In this document: piece by piece, positions 29,034 to 39,662 of the stretch
How the letters are laid out: every line of letters begins with the position of its first letter
How positions within the stretch are numbered: the stretch's first letter is position 1
Assembly (NCBI GenBank): GCA_002897655.1
Contig: BDTJ01000044.1
Span: 1,605-65,604 of the forward strand
Source: an archaeon BMS3Abin17
GTDB lineage: Archaea > Nanobdellota > Nanobdellia > Pacearchaeales > GW2011-AR1
Direction of reading: 5' to 3'
Length of the DNA stretch: 64,000 bases
Translations under genes and position numbers: made by a program
Notes under the pieces: generated by a model
Told to the model about the DNA's origin: nothing
The model's database searches: none
The model's input: only the letters and a program-made list of their open reading frames with translations

Positions 29034-31190
29034 ATGGCAGAAAAAGACATACAGAATTTAATGAAAAAGCAGGACAAAATAAGAAACATAGCAATTGCTG
29101 CACATATTGACCACGGAAAAACAACTTTTTCTGATAATCTTTTAGCAGGTGCAGGGATGATGTCTGAAGAATTAGCAGGAAAACAACTTGCGCTTGATTT
29201 TCACGAAGATGAAGCTGCAAGAGGAATCACAATTGATTCTGCATCTGTAAGCATGATTCACAATATAGGAGGAGAGGATTATTTGATTAATTTAATTGAT
29301 ACTCCTGGACATGTTGATTTTGGAGGAGATGTTACAAGAGCAATGAGGGCTGTTGATGGCTGCATAACTTTGTGCTGTGCTGTCGAGGGAATAATGCCTC
29401 AGACAGAAACTGTTCTCAGGCAAGCCTTGAAAGAATTAGTAAAACCTGTTTTATTCATAAACAAAGTTGACAGATTAATCAAAGAAGTTAAATTAACCCC
29501 CCAGGCAATGGAGCAGAAGTTTGTCTCTATTATAAATCATATTAATGAATTAATTGAGAACATTGCTCCTGAAGGATATAAAGAAAAATGGAAAGTTAGT
29601 GTTGGAGAAGGAAGTGTTGCTTTTGGTTCTGCATTCCATAACTGGGCACTTAGTTTCCCTTATATGAAAGAAAAGGGAATCACATTCAAAGATGTTATTG
29701 ATGCTTATGAAAATGATAATCATAAAGAATTGGCAAAAAAAGCCCCGTTGCATGAAGTTGTGCTTGCAATGTCTGTAAAACATCACCCAAACCCTGTTGA
29801 TGCACAGAAATACAGAATCCCAAAAATCTGGCATGGAGATATTGAATCTGAATTAGGAAAATCACTAATTAATTGTGATGCAAATGGGGAGGTTGCATTT
29901 GTCCCAATCAAAATTGTTGTTGACAAGCATGCAGGAGAGGTTGCTGCAGGAAGAATATTCTCAGGAACTATTAAACAAGGAGATGAAGTCTATATGAATC
30001 TTGCAAAAAGAAATGTAAGAGTCCAGCAAGTTTCTGTATACAAGGGTGCCCAGAGAGTTATTGTAGACGAGGTTAGTGCAGGAAACATTATTGGGGTTGT
30101 TGGATTAAAGGATGTTTTTACAGGTGAGACTGTAAGTAAAAATCCAATAGAGCCATTTGAAGCAATTAAGCATTTATTTGAGCCAGTTGTTACAAAATCT
30201 ATTGAAGTAAAAAAAGCTGCAGACTTGCCAAAACTTGTTGAAACTTTGAAACAAGTTGGAAAAGAAGACCCTTCTATAAAAGTTACAATCAACGAGCAGA
30301 CAGGAGAGAGTTTAATCTCAGGCATGGGGGAGTTACACCTGGAAATTATTGAAAACAGGATTAAAACAGAAAAAGGATTAGATGTTTATACCTCTGCCCC
30401 CATAATTGTATATAGGGAAACAGTAAGTAAAGAGTCCTCTGCAACAGAAGGGAAAAGCCCAAACAAGCACAATAGCTTTTTTATTAGAGTAGAACCCTTA
30501 GAAGATAATATTTATAACGCAATCCAAAGCGGAGATATAAGTGAAGGAAGAATTAAAAAGAAAGATAAATCTCTTGCAGAAGTTTTTTCTAATCTTGGAT
30601 GGAGTGGAGATGAAATAAGAAATATTAGAGATATCTATAAGGGAAATGTTTTCATGGATGAGACAAGAGGAGAGGTTCATATTGGAGAAGTTATTGAGAT
30701 GGTGTTAGATGCTTTTGAAATGGTTATGGACCAGGGTCCTTTGGCACGTGAGCCTTGCATAAAGATGAAAGTATCCTTAGTTGATATTAAACTCCACGAA
30801 GATGCTATACACAGAGGTCCTGCACAAGTTTATCCTGCTGTGAGAGAAGCAATTACAGAGTCTATGAAAAATGGAAATGCGACAATGCTTGAGCCATTGC
30901 AGATACATTTAATTGAAATGCCAGATAAATTCTTAAGTGCTGTGACTAAATTAGTTGGTGGCAAAAGGGGACAGATGATTGAAGTCAAGCAAGAAGGAAC
31001 AAATGCGACCATGAAGGCAAAGATTCCTGTAGCAGAGATGATTGGTTGGAGCAATGATTTACGTTCTGCAACAGAAGGCAGGGGAGTCTCTTCTTTAATG
31101 GAACAAGAGTTTGAGAGAGTCCCAGCAAGTTTAAAGGCAGAGGTTGTTAGAAAAATCAGAGACAGAAAAGGTCTTGCTGAGAATCAGTAA
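29034..31190 (+). CDS. fusA: Elongation factor EF-2
   Basis: AHIDHGKTT, RGITI, DTPGHVDF, NKVD, diphthamide loop DAIHRGPAQ. Confidence 0.98.
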   Translation: MAEKDIQNLMKKQDKIRNIAIAAHIDHGKTTFSDNLLAGAGMMSEELAGKQLALDFHEDEAARGITIDSASVSMIHNIGGEDYLINLIDTPGHVDFGGDVTRAMRAVDGCITLCCAVEGIMPQTETVLRQALKELVKPVLFINKVDRLIKEVKLTPQAMEQKFVSIINHINELIENIAPEGYKEKWKVSVGEGSVAFGSAFHNWALSFPYMKEKGITFKDVIDAYENDNHKELAKKAPLHEVVLAMSVKHHPNPVDAQKYRIPKIWHGDIESELGKSLINCDANGEVAFVPIKIVVDKHAGEVAAGRIFSGTIKQGDEVYMNLAKRNVRVQQVSVYKGAQRVIVDEVSAGNIIGVVGLKDVFTGETVSKNPIEPFEAIKHLFEPVVTKSIEVKKAADLPKLVETLKQVGKEDPSIKVTINEQTGESLISGMGELHLEIIENRIKTEKGLDVYTSAPIIVYRETVSKESSATEGKSPNKHNSFFIRVEPLEDNIYNAIQSGDISEGRIKKKDKSLAEVFSNLGWSGDEIRNIRDIYKGNVFMDETRGEVHIGEVIEMVLDAFEMVMDQGPLAREPCIKMKVSLVDIKLHEDAIHRGPAQVYPAVREAITESMKNGNATMLEPLQIHLIEMPDKFLSAVTKLVGGKRGQMIEVKQEGTNATMKAKIPVAEMIGWSNDLRSATEGRGVSSLMEQEFERVPASLKAEVVRKIRDRKGLAENQ

Positions 31191-31241
31191 CTGATTCTTG
31201 GATATAAGAATCATTATAAACCTTTAAATAATAATTATAAG

Positions 31242-31574
31242 ATGATTAAAGATGAGAGATTATCAGGGCATGCTAGTTATACATTTCCAAATATGCTTGG
31301 AAATGCCTATGGAGTTTATAGATTAGAATATATTATGAGTTTATCCCAAAGTAGTCTTAAAGTATCTTTTGGTGATGGAGAGAATGTATTGTTTCAAAAA
31401 GATGGGAAAAATATGGATGAGATAAAGATTTCCAATCCATCTCTGGCTAATGATAAATTTGAAGGAATGGATAATGTTTATAGACGAAATCTTGCAAGGT
31501 TCGTTGATTCAAAGGGAGATAGATTATTATTGAAAGGTATTGCTAAGAGTTTAGATTTTGAGAATCGTAGATAA
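31242..31574 (+). CDS. Orphan ORF
   Basis: 110 aa with own TATA-like element. Confidence 0.5.
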   Translation: MIKDERLSGHASYTFPNMLGNAYGVYRLEYIMSLSQSSLKVSFGDGENVLFQKDGKNMDEIKISNPSLANDKFEGMDNVYRRNLARFVDSKGDRLLLKGIAKSLDFENRR

Positions 31575-31775
31575 ATCTTTGATTTTCGTGGTTTTCTATC
31601 AAATCTTTTGCTACTCCTCAGGCAAAAGATTTATAAACCTATTTTTTTATTAATGATTATTATAAAATTCTTTTCAGAATTTTTATATTAAATTATATAC
31701 AGATACAAAAATGGCAAAAGAAAATCTAACGATTTTCTAAACCATTTTTTACAAAAACCAAAAACATAAAAAAAA

Positions 31776-33059
31776 ATGGCAAAAGAAAAACAAAACATGA
31801 ATGTTGTGTTCGTGGGACACGTCGACGCTGGAAAGTCAACAATAGTTGGAAGAACAATGTTTGACTCAGGTCTTGTTCCTGAACAAGAGATGAAAAAACT
31901 TAGGGAAGAGGCTGAAAAGCATGGTAAAGCTGGTTTTGAATTTGCATATATTATGGATAATATTAAAGAAGAGAGAGAAAGAGGAGTTACAATTGACTTG
32001 TCATACAAGAAGCTTATGACTCAAAAATGGCAGATAACAATAATTGATGCTCCTGGGCACAGAGACTTTGTTAAGAACATGATTACTGGTGCTTCTCAAG
32101 CAGATTCTGCTTTCTTAGTTATTGCTGCACAATCAGGAGTTCAGCCACAAACTACAGAGCACTTATGGTTGCTAAGAACAATGGGTGTAAAAAACCTTGC
32201 TGTTGCAATTAACAAGATGGATTCTGTGGATTATGACGAGGCAAAATTCAACAAAGTTAAGGAAGATGTTGGAAAATTGCTAAAGGGAGTTGGAATTGAT
32301 CCTGAAAAAACTACTTTTATTGCATGCTCAGGATTACAGGGAGATAATATTGTTAAAAAATCAGATAAAATGGCCTGGTATAAAGGACCAACAATAATAG
32401 AACAGTTTGATTTGTTCCCTGCTCCTGAATTGCCAACAAATTTGCCAATGAGAATGCCTGTTCAGGATGTTTATGAAATCACAGGTATTGGAACAGTTCC
32501 TGTTGGAAAAATAGAAACAGGAGTTATGAAATCTGGTATGAAAGTTAAAGTACTTCCTGGGAGAACAGGTGAAGGAATTGAGGGAGAGGTTAAAACAATA
32601 GAAATGCATCATGAAATACTTTCTGATGCACAAGCAGGAGACAATGTAGGAATTAATATTAGAGGAGTAGGTAAAAAAGATATTGCAAGAGGAGATGTTA
32701 TCTGTGAGGCATCAAACCCAGTTCCAATAGTAGAAGAGTTTATTGGGACAATCACAGTAATTAATCATCCAACAGTTCTTGCTAAAGGTTATACTCCAGT
32801 ATTCCATATTCACACAGCACAAGTTCCTTGCCAGTTTACAGAATTAATTGCTCAAATTGATCCAAGAACAGGTGAGGTTATTAAAGAAAATCCTGACTTC
32901 CTAAAAAACGGAGATACAGCAAAAGTTAGAATAAAACCCCAGGGAAATGTTGCTTTAGAGACACAAAAAGATAATGCTTATATGAGTAAGTTTGCAGTAA
33001 GAGATGCAGGTGCAACTGTTGCTGCTGGAATGTGCACTGAGATAGTTAAAAAGAAATAA
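31776..33059 (+). CDS. tuf: Elongation factor EF-1alpha
   Basis: GHVDAGKST, ERERGVTI, DAPGHRDF, NKMD. Confidence 0.98.
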   Translation: MAKEKQNMNVVFVGHVDAGKSTIVGRTMFDSGLVPEQEMKKLREEAEKHGKAGFEFAYIMDNIKEERERGVTIDLSYKKLMTQKWQITIIDAPGHRDFVKNMITGASQADSAFLVIAAQSGVQPQTTEHLWLLRTMGVKNLAVAINKMDSVDYDEAKFNKVKEDVGKLLKGVGIDPEKTTFIACSGLQGDNIVKKSDKMAWYKGPTIIEQFDLFPAPELPTNLPMRMPVQDVYEITGIGTVPVGKIETGVMKSGMKVKVLPGRTGEGIEGEVKTIEMHHEILSDAQAGDNVGINIRGVGKKDIARGDVICEASNPVPIVEEFIGTITVINHPTVLAKGYTPVFHIHTAQVPCQFTELIAQIDPRTGEVIKENPDFLKNGDTAKVRIKPQGNVALETQKDNAYMSKFAVRDAGATVAAGMCTEIVKKK

Positions 33060-33102
33060 TTAACAGATTCTTTAGACAATTAAACTCTATATAAAACTTA
33101 AG

Positions 33103-33279
33103 ATGACAAATATGTATGATGTAAGAAATGAAGAAACTTCCACAGATAGAAGTTCAGAAGAATATAGAATATCAAACAGAGAACTATTAGAGAGATGTGG
33201 TTTGCTTAGAAAAGATCCATTCATGTTTAGCATGTTTGGGGGGGAATCCTCAAACACAGATAGAAAATATTTAAGATAA
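33103..33279 (+). CDS. 58-aa orphan ORF (below ORF-track cutoff)
   Basis: Manual translation MTNMYDVRNEE..RKYLR*. Confidence 0.35.
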   Translation: MTNMYDVRNEETSTDRSSEEYRISNRELLERCGLLRKDPFMFSMFGGESSNTDRKYLR

Positions 33280-33513
33280 TCCTACTGCATTAGGAAAAAA
33301 ATCTTCTAATTTCATCTCTAATAATGCTATTTTTCTTTCAGAAAGATTAGTAATAGATGTTTGGTCTGGTAATTCTCCAACATTCTCAATTATTCCATCT
33401 TTTTCAGCTTTAACCATTGCATGAAGAAGCAATGCGTATTTCCCTTTTTTTAAAAGAAAATTTTCTTCAATTTTAGCAACTAAATAATCTTTTCGGAGAG
33501 TATCGTAATCCAT
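33271..33513 (-). CDS. Hypothetical protein
   Basis: 80-aa ORF. Confidence 0.45.
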   Translation of the reverse strand: MDYDTLRKDYLVAKIEENFLLKKGKYALLLHAMVKAEKDGIIENVGELPDQTSITNLSERKIALLEMKLEDFFPNAVGLS

Positions 33514-33592
33514 ACAAAATCTTATAATTAATTGTTTTATAATCCTATTTCACAACAACTAATTTTATATATTCTTGATTATTTCCAAAAAC

Positions 33593-34159
33593 ATGCTACA
33601 CAAAGACATGCAAAAGCATGAGATTGAGGATGCACTTGCAGATAAAGGTGATTTTGTTAAGATAGAGAGATTAACTAGCTTTCTAAAAGAAGAATTACCT
33701 ATAGATATAAAGAAATTTGTTTATCTAAAACTTGCAGAGCTTTATGAAAAAACAGGAATGTTGGTTGATTCTGCAAAGATGTATGATAATGCTGCTCTTA
33801 TCTCTATTGCTTTTTCAGAAAAGATTAAGCATTATGTTAAAGAGACAGAATTGCATATCAAGGCAGGTCATTTTGACATGGCTGAAGAGTCAATGAAAAA
33901 AGCAATGGGAAATGCAAATGTAGTTGAAAAAAATGAGATTTATATTACTATTAAAGATTTTTATAAAAGGCAGGCAGAAGCATATGAGAGAGATATAAGA
34001 AGAGGGCATGCTGCAAGAATCTATGAAAAGGTATTGGAGATGAACATATCTGACTTAGAACGATTGGAGATAAGGAAAAAATTACTTGTTTTATACGAAA
34101 AACTTGGAAGATTTAAAGAATATAAGCTGTTAAAGGGATTAGACAATGGAAATCCCTAA
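33593..34159 (+). CDS. TPR/SNAP-like helical repeat protein
   Basis: Repeated A-x-x-Y-E-K and L-x-x-L-Y-E-K-x-G helical motifs; ATG at 33593. Confidence 0.6.
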   Translation: MLHKDMQKHEIEDALADKGDFVKIERLTSFLKEELPIDIKKFVYLKLAELYEKTGMLVDSAKMYDNAALISIAFSEKIKHYVKETELHIKAGHFDMAEESMKKAMGNANVVEKNEIYITIKDFYKRQAEAYERDIRRGHAARIYEKVLEMNISDLERLEIRKKLLVLYEKLGRFKEYKLLKGLDNGNP

Positions 34160-34451
34160 ATCTATTAAGGTTAATACTGGTGAACAAAGAGAAGTTCAAC
34201 CAAAAATTGATGCATTTTTTAAATCAATATATGAGGATATAAGCACAAAAGATGAATGTTCATTCAATCATTCTGATTTTGAGATTAAATTACAAGGATT
34301 ATATGATTATCCTGAAACTATATTAAACGATAAAATCCATTATTGTTCTTACAAAGGGAGGGTTGTAGGAATTGTTATTGAGGCTAGAACAGAACATAAC
34401 TATGTTAATTTTGACTTTTTTAGGAAAAATTTAGAGAATCTTTTAGATTAA
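34146..34451 (+). CDS. Hypothetical protein
   Basis: 101-aa ORF; its stop lies within the left TSD of the transposon. Confidence 0.5.
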   Translation: MEIPKSIKVNTGEQREVQPKIDAFFKSIYEDISTKDECSFNHSDFEIKLQGLYDYPETILNDKIHYCSYKGRVVGIVIEARTEHNYVNFDFFRKNLENLLD

Positions 34452-34556
34452 AACAAACACAGTCCGAATAATCTCAAACTAACCGAATAGTTTTCTTTCT
34501 GTCCAAGAAGTGTACGAAAAGTAAAGGGTTAAAAATAAGGATTTCTTGAGAAATAA

Positions 34557-37500
34557 ATGGGAAAAAACCTATTTAATGAAAAGACTATTGAAAAGAATAT
34601 AGCTAAAATAGAGCCAACAGCCAAACAAAGTACTGCTTCTAAAAGATGGATAAAATTAATAGAAACTAATCAGCTTCAAAATGAGAAATCAGCTTATATA
34701 GAATTTGCCAATACAATTCTTAGGGATTTGTTAAATTATAATATTAATATAGAAGAACTGAAACACGAAGAAAATTATATGGAGTTCTTATTTAAAGATA
34801 GTTCTAAAAGTAATCTTGTTGTTTTTGAAGCAAAAGGAACAAAAACTAAAGATTTATGGGCTCCCCAAGGAAGAAGTGTAAAAATAAAAGAAACTCCTGT
34901 GAATCAAATTAATTATTATTTAATGCATAATAAAATACCTTATGGGGTTTTAACTAATTATAAGGAATTTGTTTTATTTAAAAGAGAAGAAGGAGATTCA
35001 AAATTTCATAAGATTGATTTTTTAGAGATTAAGAATAATCAAGACAAATTAAAAGAATTTATTTTTATCTTTTCTAAAGAAAGTTTTGAGAAAGATGATA
35101 CCACAAAATTATATAAGGATTCTATAGTAGAAGAAAGAAATTTAACAAAAGAGTTTTATAAATTATATCATGAAACAAGACTTATGATTCTTAAAGAATT
35201 TAAAGAAAGTGAATTAGAAAATGAAATCTGCTTACATTGTACTCAATTATTTCTAAATAGATTAATGTTTATCTTCTTTGCAGAAGATACCAATTTACTT
35301 GATAAGAGATATTTTGAGATTAAACTATTAGAAGTTCTTGATAAAAGCAGTGGAGTAATAGATGGACACACAAATTATATTTTTGGAAAAATAAAAAGTA
35401 TCTTTAGAGAATTAGATAAAGAAATACCAAAACAAATAAAGGGTTTTAATGGTGAATTATTTAAAAAAGAAATTGATGGTAGATTATCTTTTAAAGATTA
35501 TAGAAGTAAACCTTTTTTTAATGAAGTAAAACAGAGTTATAGACTTGACAAAAATATAGAATTATACGAGAATGATAAGAAGATTTTTAACAAACATAAA
35601 AATAGATTAAGCAAAATAATAGAGAATATATTACTTATGGCTTCTTTTGATTTTAAATCAGAAGTTAATGTTAATATTTTAGGGCATATATTTGAACAAT
35701 CAATTTCTGATATAGAAAATTTAAAAGAAGAAAGAATATCTAAAAGAAAACAAGAAGGGGTCTTTTATACTCCTGAATATGTAACTGAGTATATTTGTAA
35801 GAATACAATAATACCTTACTTATCAAAAAATGGAACTAATGATATTAATGAATTAATAGATGAATATTCTAATAATATAGAAGAATTAGAGAAAAAATTT
35901 AAATCAATAAAAATTTTAGATTCTGCTTGTGGCTCTGGGGCTTTTCTAATTAAAGCAACAGAAGTTTTATTTGAAATCTTTGAAAAGATACAATTTGTTA
36001 AAGAAAATTATGGGGATTATGAAGCAAAAAGGGGTTTAAAGAGAAAAAGTAATTTTAAAGGACAATTAACTTTTAAGAAATGGGATGAAAAAGATGAGAT
36101 TAAAAATATTATAGAAAATAATATCTATGGAGTAGATATTAATGAGGAATCAGTTGAGATAACTAAATTATCATTATTCTTAAAGATAGCAAGAAAGAAT
36201 AAAAAATTGATTGACTTATCTGGCAATATCAAACAAGGAAATAGTTTAGTTAGTGATGATAAAATAGATAAGAACTTAGCTTTTGATTGGAACAAAAATT
36301 TTCCAGAGATTATGGATAATGGTGGTTTTGATGTTGTTATAGGTAACCCTCCTTATGTGTTCACAAGAGAAGTAGAGTTTAATGATAAATTTAAGGAATA
36401 TATAGCAAATAATTATCTTAATGCAAAAGATTCTATTTCAAAGAGCCATGCAAGACAATCTGGAAAGATTAATCTTTATTCTCTTTTCTTAATAAAGGGT
36501 AAGGATTTATTAAGAGATAATGGAGTTATTAGTTTTATAATTCCTAATAATCTCTTGAGAACAACTACTTATGATATTGTTAGAAAACAACTTTTAGATA
36601 ATTTTGATATTTCTGAAATAGTGGATATGGGAACAGGAGTTTTTGAAGGAGTTACAGCTTCAACAATTATTATAAAAATGAGGAAAGATAGTAATAAAGA
36701 AAGGAGAAATAAAAATTTAATTGAAATAATACCTAACTTTGAGAACTTAAGAAAGAAAAATAAAATAGAACAAATAAATTTTCTAAAAAATACAAGTTAT
36801 GCGTTCAATATTGTTTCAAATAAATCTGATAGAAAATTATTAGATAAGATTATAGAAGGTTGTATAGACCTGGGTGATATAATCACTATTCACGCTGGAG
36901 GAATTGCAACAGGAAAAAACAAAAAAGGGATGATTGAGAATTGGAAGAAAAGTGAAAAACATAAACCTATGTTAGAAGGAAAAGATATAAAACCTTTTTA
37001 TCCTGTTTTTTCTGAAAGATATATTTTATATGAAAAAAAGCTACTTTATAGAGCAAGAGAAGAATCTATATTTTTGAACCCAGAAAAATTAATCACTCAA
37101 AGGATAAGTGGAGGATTAAAACCTCTTGTTACAAGTTATGATAATGAAAAATATTACACGTTCAATTCTACTAACACAATATTATCAAAAAATAATGAAC
37201 ACTCATTAAAATATATTCTAGCTCTATTAAATTCAAGATTAATTAATTGGTATTATGTAAGTAAGTTTACAAATAAGTCAAATTTAACTGTTAATATCTC
37301 TAAAACATTTTTAGAAAAGATACCTATAAAAAAAATATCTCCAGAACAACAAAAGCCATTTATTGAAAAATCTGATTTTATGATAGATAAAAATAAAAAA
37401 TTTTATGAAATAAAAAAGAAATTCATAAAGTTAGTTAAGTATAAATATAACTTAGATAAAATCTCACGAAAGTTAGATACATTTTACAAACTTAATTTTA

Positions 37501-37706
37501 AAGAATTTATTAGTGAAATACAAAATAAAAATAAAGTAATGAGTATAGAAAAAGAAGCTGAGTTAATGGATTTTTTTGAAAAGAACAAAAAAGAAGTTTT
37601 AGAATTAGTTAATGAAGTTTCTAAAACAGAAAGAGAAATAGATGAGATGGTTTACAAGCTCTATGGGATAACAGACAAAGAAAAAGAGATTATTGAAAAG
37701 TCTTAA
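34557..37706 (+). CDS. Type IIG-like fused restriction endonuclease/m6A methyltransferase
   Basis: N-terminal VFEAK nuclease-like motif, GVFYTP, motif I DSACGSGAF, motif IV GNPPY, TaqI-like C-terminal target-recognition region. Confidence 0.9.
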   Translation: MGKNLFNEKTIEKNIAKIEPTAKQSTASKRWIKLIETNQLQNEKSAYIEFANTILRDLLNYNINIEELKHEENYMEFLFKDSSKSNLVVFEAKGTKTKDLWAPQGRSVKIKETPVNQINYYLMHNKIPYGVLTNYKEFVLFKREEGDSKFHKIDFLEIKNNQDKLKEFIFIFSKESFEKDDTTKLYKDSIVEERNLTKEFYKLYHETRLMILKEFKESELENEICLHCTQLFLNRLMFIFFAEDTNLLDKRYFEIKLLEVLDKSSGVIDGHTNYIFGKIKSIFRELDKEIPKQIKGFNGELFKKEIDGRLSFKDYRSKPFFNEVKQSYRLDKNIELYENDKKIFNKHKNRLSKIIENILLMASFDFKSEVNVNILGHIFEQSISDIENLKEERISKRKQEGVFYTPEYVTEYICKNTIIPYLSKNGTNDINELIDEYSNNIEELEKKFKSIKILDSACGSGAFLIKATEVLFEIFEKIQFVKENYGDYEAKRGLKRKSNFKGQLTFKKWDEKDEIKNIIENNIYGVDINEESVEITKLSLFLKIARKNKKLIDLSGNIKQGNSLVSDDKIDKNLAFDWNKNFPEIMDNGGFDVVIGNPPYVFTREVEFNDKFKEYIANNYLNAKDSISKSHARQSGKINLYSLFLIKGKDLLRDNGVISFIIPNNLLRTTTYDIVRKQLLDNFDISEIVDMGTGVFEGVTASTIIIKMRKDSNKERRNKNLIEIIPNFENLRKKNKIEQINFLKNTSYAFNIVSNKSDRKLLDKIIEGCIDLGDIITIHAGGIATGKNKKGMIENWKKSEKHKPMLEGKDIKPFYPVFSERYILYEKKLLYRAREESIFLNPEKLITQRISGGLKPLVTSYDNEKYYTFNSTNTILSKNNEHSLKYILALLNSRLINWYYVSKFTNKSNLTVNISKTFLEKIPIKKISPEQQKPFIEKSDFMIDKNKKFYEIKKKFIKLVKYKYNLDKISRKLDTFYKLNFKEFISEIQNKNKVMSIEKEAELMDFFEKNKKEVLELVNEVSKTEREIDEMVYKLYGITDKEKEIIEKS

Positions 37707-38893
37707 TCTTCTTCAACATCCTTCCGTTTACTTAATGATAATCTAAAATCCCGGATAATATCAACCATCTTTTTAAGTTCATTATCAATATTCCCCCCAA
37801 CAACCTTGCTATTTAATCTCGGATAACAAATCATTGAAAGTTCTTCGTATAGTCCTTTATCCTTCATTAACTGAATAAACTTTTCTTTATTCTCACCTTC
37901 TGGCATTACAATCTTATCAAACTCTTTAACAGAACATTTCTTGTTTGAACCATAAACAATATCAACCCCAAACTGTTTTGCATATTTTATCAAATTATCT
38001 TTAAATTCTTCTTCTGCTTTTTTTAATTCTGCTTGTTTAGTTTTAACTTCTGAATATTCATCTACTAATTTAACTCCTTCATCTTCCTTGAATTTTTTAA
38101 TATCTTCAATTTTTTCTAATTCAACTTCGTGTTTAAAACTTGGGCATTGTTCTTTGTAAACACAATAATCACAAAGTGCAGATTGTTTTCTTGGAAATTC
38201 TTTAGCATTTTCAATTTCTTTTATTCTTTCAATAACATCTTGTTGTAATTTCTCCAACTGCTCATCTGTTCTTTCTGAAATAGCATCTTTGTTAAAAGCC
38301 AACATATGCCAAATCAATTTAACAGATTTAGCATCTGGAAATTTGTCTTTAACCCAAACAGAATAAAGAGCAAGTTGCCTGTCTGAATCAGCTTCTCCTT
38401 GATCCTTCATTCTTGCATTTGTTTTATAATCACAAACAAAATAATTTCCTTTATTATCACAACCTAACTTATCTATCCTAACATGCCACTGGTTTCCATC
38501 AGAAAGGGTCATTCTATCGGTTGTCTCTAATCCTAAGATTGTCATCTCTTCAAACGGTTTCATTCTTTCATAATAATGAGTAATAAACTTCTCACCCATT
38601 TTCTTATAGTTATTAGCAGTAAGTTTTTCTTTCTCTGCTTTAACAATTAGAATATCTTCAGAATAATTTTTATCCCACAAATCTCTATAAAACTTAATTA
38701 AAACATTCAAGGCAACTCTTTTCTTAAACTTCTTTAATTTATACAAATGTTCTAAAGTTTGATGAACTATCTCTCCCATAAACGCTTCTATTGTTGTAGG
38801 AACATTAACTTTAACTTTATCAATATATCTTAATTTATATTGGTAAGGACAATTTTCAAAACAAGAAACTCTGGAGTGTGAATAGGCTGTCAT
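37703..38893 (-). CDS. RecB-family PD-(D/E)XK nuclease with 4-Cys Fe-S staple
   Basis: YSHS..CP, RIDKL, DYKT, QLALY, CDYC..CP; likely start MTAYSHS. Confidence 0.85.
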   Translation of the reverse strand: MTAYSHSRVSCFENCPYQYKLRYIDKVKVNVPTTIEAFMGEIVHQTLEHLYKLKKFKKRVALNVLIKFYRDLWDKNYSEDILIVKAEKEKLTANNYKKMGEKFITHYYERMKPFEEMTILGLETTDRMTLSDGNQWHVRIDKLGCDNKGNYFVCDYKTNARMKDQGEADSDRQLALYSVWVKDKFPDAKSVKLIWHMLAFNKDAISERTDEQLEKLQQDVIERIKEIENAKEFPRKQSALCDYCVYKEQCPSFKHEVELEKIEDIKKFKEDEGVKLVDEYSEVKTKQAELKKAEEEFKDNLIKYAKQFGVDIVYGSNKKCSVKEFDKIVMPEGENKEKFIQLMKDKGLYEELSMICYPRLNSKVVGGNIDNELKKMVDIIRDFRLSLSKRKDVEED

Positions 38894-38894
38894 T

Positions 38895-39662
38895 TTAATA
38901 TTTATCCGCTTTCTTTGGATAGATAACCCCCACAACAATATATGTTTTGAATCTATAATGTGTTCCAACAACAAAATAAAAATCTCTCTTGTTTGGGAGT
39001 ACATTAAAAAATTTATCCTTTACTTTTTCAAATACTACTTTTTCATCTTTGTATTTTCCCTGTTCCCTATATTTATCACAATTCCTATATAGTGCTATAA
39101 GCTCCCAATCCTCACACATAATTTTATGTTGGATAGGGCAAGATTCTGAGCAATTAAACTTATACGAAAAAAGATTTTTGGGAATCCATATTTTTACTGC
39201 AGACTCTCCATCAATTAATGTTGTTTGTTTTCCTTTCTCTTTAATCTTTTTATAATTTTCATTAGCCTCTTCCACAAAATCAATTAGTTTGTTAGGTTTT
39301 ATTATTCCTAAGGATACTTCTCTAGGATTTTTAGCATAAAGTTCTTCTAAAGAAATTATCTTTTGTTCTATTAATTCTTTAAGTTCTTTAAATGACGCTG
39401 GACCCAAGTCTTTAATTGTTTTTGTAATAATCTTACGACTTTCTGGTCTATGGTCAGAAGGTTCATCACTTTCAGTTTCATACTCTATCCAATTTTTCTT
39501 CTTGAAACTTTTCTCATTCCAAAATACTTCAAATGGTACAGGATATATTCTTCTTAATTCTCCCTTATCTGTTATTCCAGCTACACATACAAGATGTTCA
39601 TACTTTTTACTTACTATTGGATAAGTTTTTGTTAATACTAATAATTTTTCTTTCATTTTCAT
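38895..39662 (-). CDS. Uncharacterised protein (KTYP..S.KY...VCVAG), partner of DUF488 gene
   Basis: ATGA-coupled to the DUF488 gene; CEDWE and GTH motifs. Confidence 0.65.
   Translation of the reverse strand: MKMKEKLLVLTKTYPIVSKKYEHLVCVAGITDKGELRRIYPVPFEVFWNEKSFKKKNWIEYETESDEPSDHRPESRKIITKTIKDLGPASFKELKELIEQKIISLEELYAKNPREVSLGIIKPNKLIDFVEEANENYKKIKEKGKQTTLIDGESAVKIWIPKNLFSYKFNCSESCPIQHKIMCEDWELIALYRNCDKYREQGKYKDEKVVFEKVKDKFFNVLPNKRDFYFVVGTHYRFKTYIVVGVIYPKKADKY

Noticed and set aside
37703-38893. Cas4 of a CRISPR system
   Set aside because: RecB/Cas4-like fold, but no cas1/cas2 or array, and it has a long extra C-terminal region
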